This document shows positions 58,893 through 64,000 of a stretch of DNA of 64,000 nucleotides, in pieces (position 1 is the stretch's first letter; each line of letters begins with the position of its first letter). The translations under genes were made by a program, and so were the position numbers. Under the pieces are notes generated by a model. The model searched no databases. It saw only the letters and a program-made list of their open reading frames with translations, and was not told the DNA's origin. Source of the DNA: an uncultured Candidatus Binatia bacterium (GTDB lineage: Bacteria > Desulfobacterota > Binatia > Bin18); contig OZ243979.1 of assembly GCA_965214755.1 (NCBI GenBank), positions 344,350 to 408,349 on the forward strand, written 5' to 3'.

Positions 58893-60635
58893 TCAGAGCA
58901 AGACTGCGTCCGCGCTTTGCTCTTGTTTAGCGGTCTGGGTGGCCCGTTTTCCGGCGCGTCGCTTTCTGGGTGTCGCCTTCTTCTTCGGACGGGATTTCTT
59001 CGGTTTTGCCTTGGGTGTTGGCCGTTTTTCGGCGATCTCAATTTCATACTGTTCAATATGAAAGTCGGAGTCAGTCCGAAAAAAGAAGCGCGTATTGAGT
59101 TGAGACTCAAGGGCATCCAACCATTCTTCTTCCTCTTCATATAAAAAAGCGAGAACGTCTGGATGGGCATAGACCGTGACGGCTTGGGCGTGTGGCTGAA
59201 GCCTGACTTCTTTGTGCAACTGGCGGATGAGATTGTAGGTAATAGTGGGAACCGACTGTCTATGACCCCGCCCGTCACAATATTCGCAGGGGGCGCAAAG
59301 TTGCTGCTGGAGGCTCTCCCGCGTTCGTTTACGCGTCATCTGAACCAGTCCGAGTTCACTGATCTTCCGCATATTGCTGCGAGTTTTATCTTTCTTCAGG
59401 GCTGCGCGGAGGGCTTCGGTGACTTTGGTGCGGTTGGCCGCGCGCTCCATATCGATAAAGTCAACGATAATGAGACCGCCAATATTGCGCAGGCGGAGTT
59501 GTTCGACCACGACCTGGGCGGCTTCCAGGTTGGTCTGGAGCATGGTCTCTTCTTGGGTCCGTTTCCCAACAAAGCGGCCTGTGTTCACGTCAATTGCAGT
59601 GAGCGCTTCTGTATGGTCAATCACGATATGGCCACCAGATTTGAGGGAGACGCGTCTGTCGAGCGCTTTGGTAATCTGCTGCTCAATTTTGTAGTGCTCG
59701 AAGATGGGGGTCTGTTTGTCGTGGAGCTTCACGCGACCGGTTAAACGCGGCATGAAGGTCGCGATGAATTCATTAATGCGTTCGTAATCATTCGCATTAT
59801 CGATAATGATCTCATTGATATCCGGCGTGAAGACATCGCGAATGATACGCAGGACGACGTCCATATCGTCGTGCACGAGGGTCGGGGCTGGGTGCTGATC
59901 GCGTTTTTTGGTAATCCTACCCCAGAGTTTGAGTAGGAATTTCATGTCGTCGTGAATTTCTTTTTTGGTCAGGCCCTCACAGGCGGTGCGGACAATAAAG
60001 CCACCCTCGGCCGGCCGCAGGCTGGCGACCGCTTCTCTGAGCCGGCTGCGCTCTTTGCTGTCCGCAATACGCCGGGACACACCAATATGTCCTATCGTCG
60101 GTGTGTACACCAACTGCCGTCCAGGCAGAGAGAGATGGGCGGTGAGTCGGGGACCTTTCGTCCCGATCGGCTCTTTGGCGACTTGGACAAGAATTTCCTG
60201 ATTCTCTTTCAGTTTTTGTTCGAGTGGAATACGCGGCTCGGAACGGGAGCGGCGGCGACCACGTGTGGGTCTGGGCTCGACACTCGAAGGTGACTCCTCT
60301 TCCTCTTCAAACTCGCTCTCAGGGTCGGTCAGGTCAAACGCACTCAGCAGATCGTCTGCGTCTGGGTCCTGGGCGTCGGTGTCATCAATCATACCGGAAG
60401 GTAACGGGCCGCCAAACACATCCGAAACATGGATGAAGCCTGCTTTTTCAAGCCCGATATCAACGAACGCGGCCTGCATGCCTGGGAGGACGCGATTTAC
60501 GCGCCCGAGATAGATGTTGCCCGCAATATTGCGCTGCTGAGCCCGCTCAATGTGAATCTCTACGAGCGCTTCGTTTTCAAGTAGGGCAACACGGGCCTCT
60601 TGGTGGGTCGAATTAATAACGATTCTTTGGCGCAC
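58893..60635 (-). CDS. ribonuclease E/G family
   Basis: GNIYLG...VLPGMQAAFVDIG, KEPIGTKG, IDVNTG, DFIDM, CEYCDG. Confidence 0.96.
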   Translation of the reverse strand: MRQRIVINSTHQEARVALLENEALVEIHIERAQQRNIAGNIYLGRVNRVLPGMQAAFVDIGLEKAGFIHVSDVFGGPLPSGMIDDTDAQDPDADDLLSAFDLTDPESEFEEEEESPSSVEPRPTRGRRRSRSEPRIPLEQKLKENQEILVQVAKEPIGTKGPRLTAHLSLPGRQLVYTPTIGHIGVSRRIADSKERSRLREAVASLRPAEGGFIVRTACEGLTKKEIHDDMKFLLKLWGRITKKRDQHPAPTLVHDDMDVVLRIIRDVFTPDINEIIIDNANDYERINEFIATFMPRLTGRVKLHDKQTPIFEHYKIEQQITKALDRRVSLKSGGHIVIDHTEALTAIDVNTGRFVGKRTQEETMLQTNLEAAQVVVEQLRLRNIGGLIIVDFIDMERAANRTKVTEALRAALKKDKTRSNMRKISELGLVQMTRKRTRESLQQQLCAPCEYCDGRGHRQSVPTITYNLIRQLHKEVRLQPHAQAVTVYAHPDVLAFLYEEEEEWLDALESQLNTRFFFRTDSDFHIEQYEIEIAEKRPTPKAKPKKSRPKKKATPRKRRAGKRATQTAKQEQSADAVLL

Positions 60636-60640
60636 GAGTA

Positions 60641-63505
60641 TTAGCCTGTTGTTGGAAGCGGTTCATGGTATTGGGGTTCTTGCTGAGGAGAGACCTCCGA
60701 GCGAAATTGTGTCACGGTTTTTGTCACCCGTAAGATTTTCACCTCTTGTGGGGACAAGGTGAGGAGGGCACTAATGAATTCATGGGGCTTAAGGGTACCC
60801 ACATTTGTCATAGCGATGTCGACCGAGAGCGTGCGCGGTGTTTCCAGAGAGATAGTTGAGACCAACTGTTTGGCGTCAAGGGTGCGTTCCCGATGACGGG
60901 TCCGTTTGCGGATGGGAAAGGTCTGTGCTTGATGAAACTGACCTAACCGCCCCTGCACGAAGCTCGGGTCACGTTTTTCCGGGGGAAGCGTGTCGAGGGC
61001 AACTTGGTAGCGCTGGGTGGCAATGCTCACAGCGATGCTGGGTCTGTCCAGGTCGATCGGCTGCACCTGCTGGAGCTGAAAGCCGCTCGGCAGCTCGGCG
61101 TTCAGGCGCTGCTGTATCTCTTTTGCCGGCATCTCTTCGTGCAGGAGGATATCAAGAAATTCCTCTTCGCTCTCCACGCCGACTGGAAGAGCCGGGCCAA
61201 AACTCATACGGGGCAAGGGATGAAAGCCTTGGCTGTAGGCCAGGGGCAGGCCGGCCCGACGACAGGAGCGGGCAAAGAGTGTCGCAACCTCTTTCGCACC
61301 CAGAAAGCGGGCCATGCCGAGCTTGCTATACTGCAGGCGAAAACGGACGACGGCCCGTTGCGGATTGCCTTGGCTCGCCGCAATGGTATTGGGGTCTCCG
61401 GCAAGCCATTCATCCGCGTTGCCCGAAATTGGATGCTGAGCGGCAGGGTTAGACGCCTCGGATTGAGTGGTGGGCAGTGCTCTGAGGGGGGGCGCTTTCA
61501 GTTGCTCTTCATTCAATACGCCACTATAGCGTTTGATCTTCACCTGCTGTTGTTCGGCTTTCTTCTGCTGCATCATCTGCCATTGCCGGGTGCCCCACAT
61601 ATCCTGGGCGGGTAGGGTCGCTTGCGCCCAGGGATCGACCTCCGGTCCTCTATGGTCAGCGCCTTTGGCGCCGTTCAGATGATAGGTGACATTGCGGACG
61701 CTCTTAAAGTCACACGCCCCACAATACGAACAGCGTTCGACGCTACAGTCGGGGGTGAGGGTACCTTCGAGTGCTTTTGCCAGATCTCGCTGGAGCCATT
61801 GTTTGGTGACACCACTATCCAAATGATCCCAGGGAAGCGGCTCATCAAGCAGGCGACGGCGGAGATGAAAATTGGGCTCGATACGGTGGGCACGAAAGGC
61901 CTGCTGCCACAGGTCGAGTCGGAATTGCTCTGTCCAACCGTCAAACCGACAGCCGAGTTGATAGGCGGTCAGGAGCGGGCCTCCCAAGCGACGATCGCCC
62001 CGGGCGAAAACACCCTCAAGGAAGGACAGGCGCGCGTCGTGCCATTTGAATTGAATACCGTAGCGTCGCAGTTCGCGCCGTAAGAGCTGCTGCCGGGCTT
62101 CAGTTTCCTCCAGGTCTACCTGAGCGGCCCATTGAAACGGCGTATGCGGTTTGGGGATAAAGGTCGAAACACTGGCCGTAACCTGGCGCTGATGCTTGCC
62201 GGCCGCAGAGACCTTCCGGCACAGGTCGACAATACCCAGCAGATCCTCTTCTGTCTCGGTTGGCTGGCCGAGCATGAAGTATAATTTGACGCTTTTCCAA
62301 CCCAGACCAAATAAGAGACGCGCGGCCTCAATCAGTTCTTCTTCCTGATATTCTTTTTGGATCACATCGCGCAGACGTTGGGAGCCGGCCTCGGGGGCAA
62401 GGGTAAAGCCCGTTTTTCGTACCCGACGGATTTCCTCCAGGATATGGGGGGAGAGGGCGTCTACACGCGTTGAGGGCAGAGAGACCGATACTTTGAGGTC
62501 TGAAAAACGATTCATGATCGCCCGCAGGAGCGGGTTCACGCAGCTGTAGTCGCCGGTACTTAAACTGAGCAGCGAAACCTCTTCATAGCCGCTTTTTTTG
62601 ACCAACTGGTCTATCTGCTCCTGAAGGGCGCGTGGGTCGCGCTCCCGCAAGGGGCGATAGATATACCCCGCCTGGCAGAAGCGGCAGCCGCGCACGCAGC
62701 CGCGCATGACTTCCGCGGCCACACGATCGTGCACGATGTTCACATTCGGCACGACCTGGGTAGTGAGCTGGGGAACAGTATTGAGGTCTTCAACGATTCG
62801 TTTTTTAACAACCGCATGGCCTGCATAGCAGGGGCGGATGCTACTCAACGTGCCGCTCGGGGTATATTCCGGCGTAAAAAAGGCAGGGACGTATACACCT
62901 GGAATGTGGCGCAACGCTTGGAGGAGAGACTCCCGGTCTTTTCCACCCCAGGCTAAATAGGTGTCACAGATATCAAAAATCGCCTCCTCGCCATCTCCGA
63001 GGAGGAAGGCGTCGATAAAGTCGGCGATGGGCTCTGGATGAAATGCACAGGGTCCGCCGGCAATAACCAGCGGATGAGACGCGCCGCGGTCACACGAGAG
63101 CAGGGGAAGCCCGCCAAGGTCCAGCATAGCCAGGACATTGGTATAGGTCAGTTCGTACTGGAGGCTGAAGCCAATAATCTCAAAGGCAGATAACGGCCGG
63201 TAGGTTTCAAGGGAGACGAGCGGCAAATGGTGCTGGCGAAGCTGCTCCTCCATGTCCAGCCACGGCGCATAGACGCGCTCCGCCTGAATATCGGGGCGAT
63301 TATTGAGTAAATTATACAGAACCTGTAAGCCGAAGTGGGACTGCGCGATTTCGTAGACCTCGGGGAAGGCCAGCGCGAAGTGCAGGCGTATATCCGCAGA
63401 GTCTTTGATGATGGTCCCGAGTTCGCCGCCTGTATAGCGAGAAGGCTGTTCAACCAACGGAAGAATAGTGGCGTACGCCTGCCGGAGGTCGGTCTCCTTC
63501 CTCAT
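60641..63505 (-). CDS. TIGR03960-type B12-binding radical SAM protein fused to a TIGR03936/DUF2344-like domain
   Basis: PSRYTGGE, LQYEL, RGCVRGCRFCQAG, PEAGSQR, PKPHTPFQW. C-terminal YSQGFHP..RMSFGPALPVG. Confidence 0.92.
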   Translation of the reverse strand: MRKETDLRQAYATILPLVEQPSRYTGGELGTIIKDSADIRLHFALAFPEVYEIAQSHFGLQVLYNLLNNRPDIQAERVYAPWLDMEEQLRQHHLPLVSLETYRPLSAFEIIGFSLQYELTYTNVLAMLDLGGLPLLSCDRGASHPLVIAGGPCAFHPEPIADFIDAFLLGDGEEAIFDICDTYLAWGGKDRESLLQALRHIPGVYVPAFFTPEYTPSGTLSSIRPCYAGHAVVKKRIVEDLNTVPQLTTQVVPNVNIVHDRVAAEVMRGCVRGCRFCQAGYIYRPLRERDPRALQEQIDQLVKKSGYEEVSLLSLSTGDYSCVNPLLRAIMNRFSDLKVSVSLPSTRVDALSPHILEEIRRVRKTGFTLAPEAGSQRLRDVIQKEYQEEELIEAARLLFGLGWKSVKLYFMLGQPTETEEDLLGIVDLCRKVSAAGKHQRQVTASVSTFIPKPHTPFQWAAQVDLEETEARQQLLRRELRRYGIQFKWHDARLSFLEGVFARGDRRLGGPLLTAYQLGCRFDGWTEQFRLDLWQQAFRAHRIEPNFHLRRRLLDEPLPWDHLDSGVTKQWLQRDLAKALEGTLTPDCSVERCSYCGACDFKSVRNVTYHLNGAKGADHRGPEVDPWAQATLPAQDMWGTRQWQMMQQKKAEQQQVKIKRYSGVLNEEQLKAPPLRALPTTQSEASNPAAQHPISGNADEWLAGDPNTIAASQGNPQRAVVRFRLQYSKLGMARFLGAKEVATLFARSCRRAGLPLAYSQGFHPLPRMSFGPALPVGVESEEEFLDILLHEEMPAKEIQQRLNAELPSGFQLQQVQPIDLDRPSIAVSIATQRYQVALDTLPPEKRDPSFVQGRLGQFHQAQTFPIRKRTRHRERTLDAKQLVSTISLETPRTLSVDIAMTNVGTLKPHEFISALLTLSPQEVKILRVTKTVTQFRSEVSPQQEPQYHEPLPTTG

Positions 63506-63713
63506 CCCCGCACTCAATAGATACCTCTCTTCATAACTCTTTATACCGGAAATCCTGATAGCCCCGCAAGGAGAAGACGACCCCTCTGGACGTGGCGTCA
63601 AGCCAGAGCGTTAAATTCTGGTGAAACCTTGACACATAGAACAGGGCTGGGTATACGGGTCCGATATTCTCAGTCAACGGAAAACCCTGTTCTTCTTGAG
63701 GGGTTAGGAGCAC

Positions 63714-64000
63714 ATGAGCGTTCTCAATACCAAGGTGCTCGTTCTCAACCGGTCCTATTTCCCGGTGCATATCACATCGGTCCGGCGGGCATTTTCCCTG
63801 CTCTATCAGGGCATTGCGAAAGCGGTCGATCAACAGTATCGCACGTTTGACTATGAGAGCTGGAGCGCACTGTCAGCAACGGTCCACAATGAGACCATTG
63901 GTCTCATTGGTCGCGCAATCCGGGTGCCGCGCGTTATTCTGCTCGTTTCGTATGATCGGGTCCCCCGACGCCAGGTGCGGTTCAGCCGGTTCAACGTCTT
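63714..64000 (+). CDS. HNH endonuclease, N-terminal part (3'-truncated by window edge)
   Basis: AGGAG RBS. MSVLNTKVLVLNRSYFPVHI...VPRVILL...VRFSRFNV. Confidence 0.85.
   Translation, partial: MSVLNTKVLVLNRSYFPVHITSVRRAFSLLYQGIAKAVDQQYRTFDYESWSALSATVHNETIGLIGRAIRVPRVILLVSYDRVPRRQVRFSRFNV

Noticed and set aside
63714-64000. HNH gene as a mobile homing endonuclease
   Set aside because: It is truncated by the window edge, shows no intron or flanking repeat context, and resembles a common stand-alone chromosomal family.

Overview
GC-rich bacterial chromosomal window, probably from a Deltaproteobacteria/Binatia-like diderm (inference from gene content only). It holds about 60 CDS; I recognised no rRNA, tRNA or CRISPR array. 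Housekeeping and catabolic genes include ilvD, copA, eutBC, ltaE, efp, metY-metX-metW, xth, an RNase E/G, SDRs, CoA-transferases and M20 amidohydrolases. Four accessory zones interrupt them. (1) 4.5-13.7 kb, a defence-like island: a BrnT toxin whose antitoxin N-terminus is fused in frame to a SNF2 helicase, a PIN toxin-antitoxin cassette bracketed by a duplicated helicase 3' end, a broken sacsin-like GHKL ATPase-HNH gene, and decayed small TA-like genes. (2) 31.9-42.9 kb, a metal (probably zinc) uptake island: ZIP, CDF, ABC transporter, His-loop beta-barrel, COG0523, a Fur-family regulator, a secreted protein with about 14 HEGEEE repeats, and three copies of a TTGCA-N7-TGTAA operator-like motif. 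(3) 43-49.7 kb: a DsrE gene plus a TusA::core methionine-synthase fusion, divergent from metYXW, followed by a Phd::rhodanese chimera behind a perfect 36-bp palindrome. (4) 52.5-56.1 kb: a transposase-less 747-bp cassette (21-bp TIR, 8-bp TSD) with two passenger genes, inserted upstream of a DUF2946-like ORF and an OprC-like TonB-dependent receptor. All family assignments come from motif recognition by eye, not from database searches.
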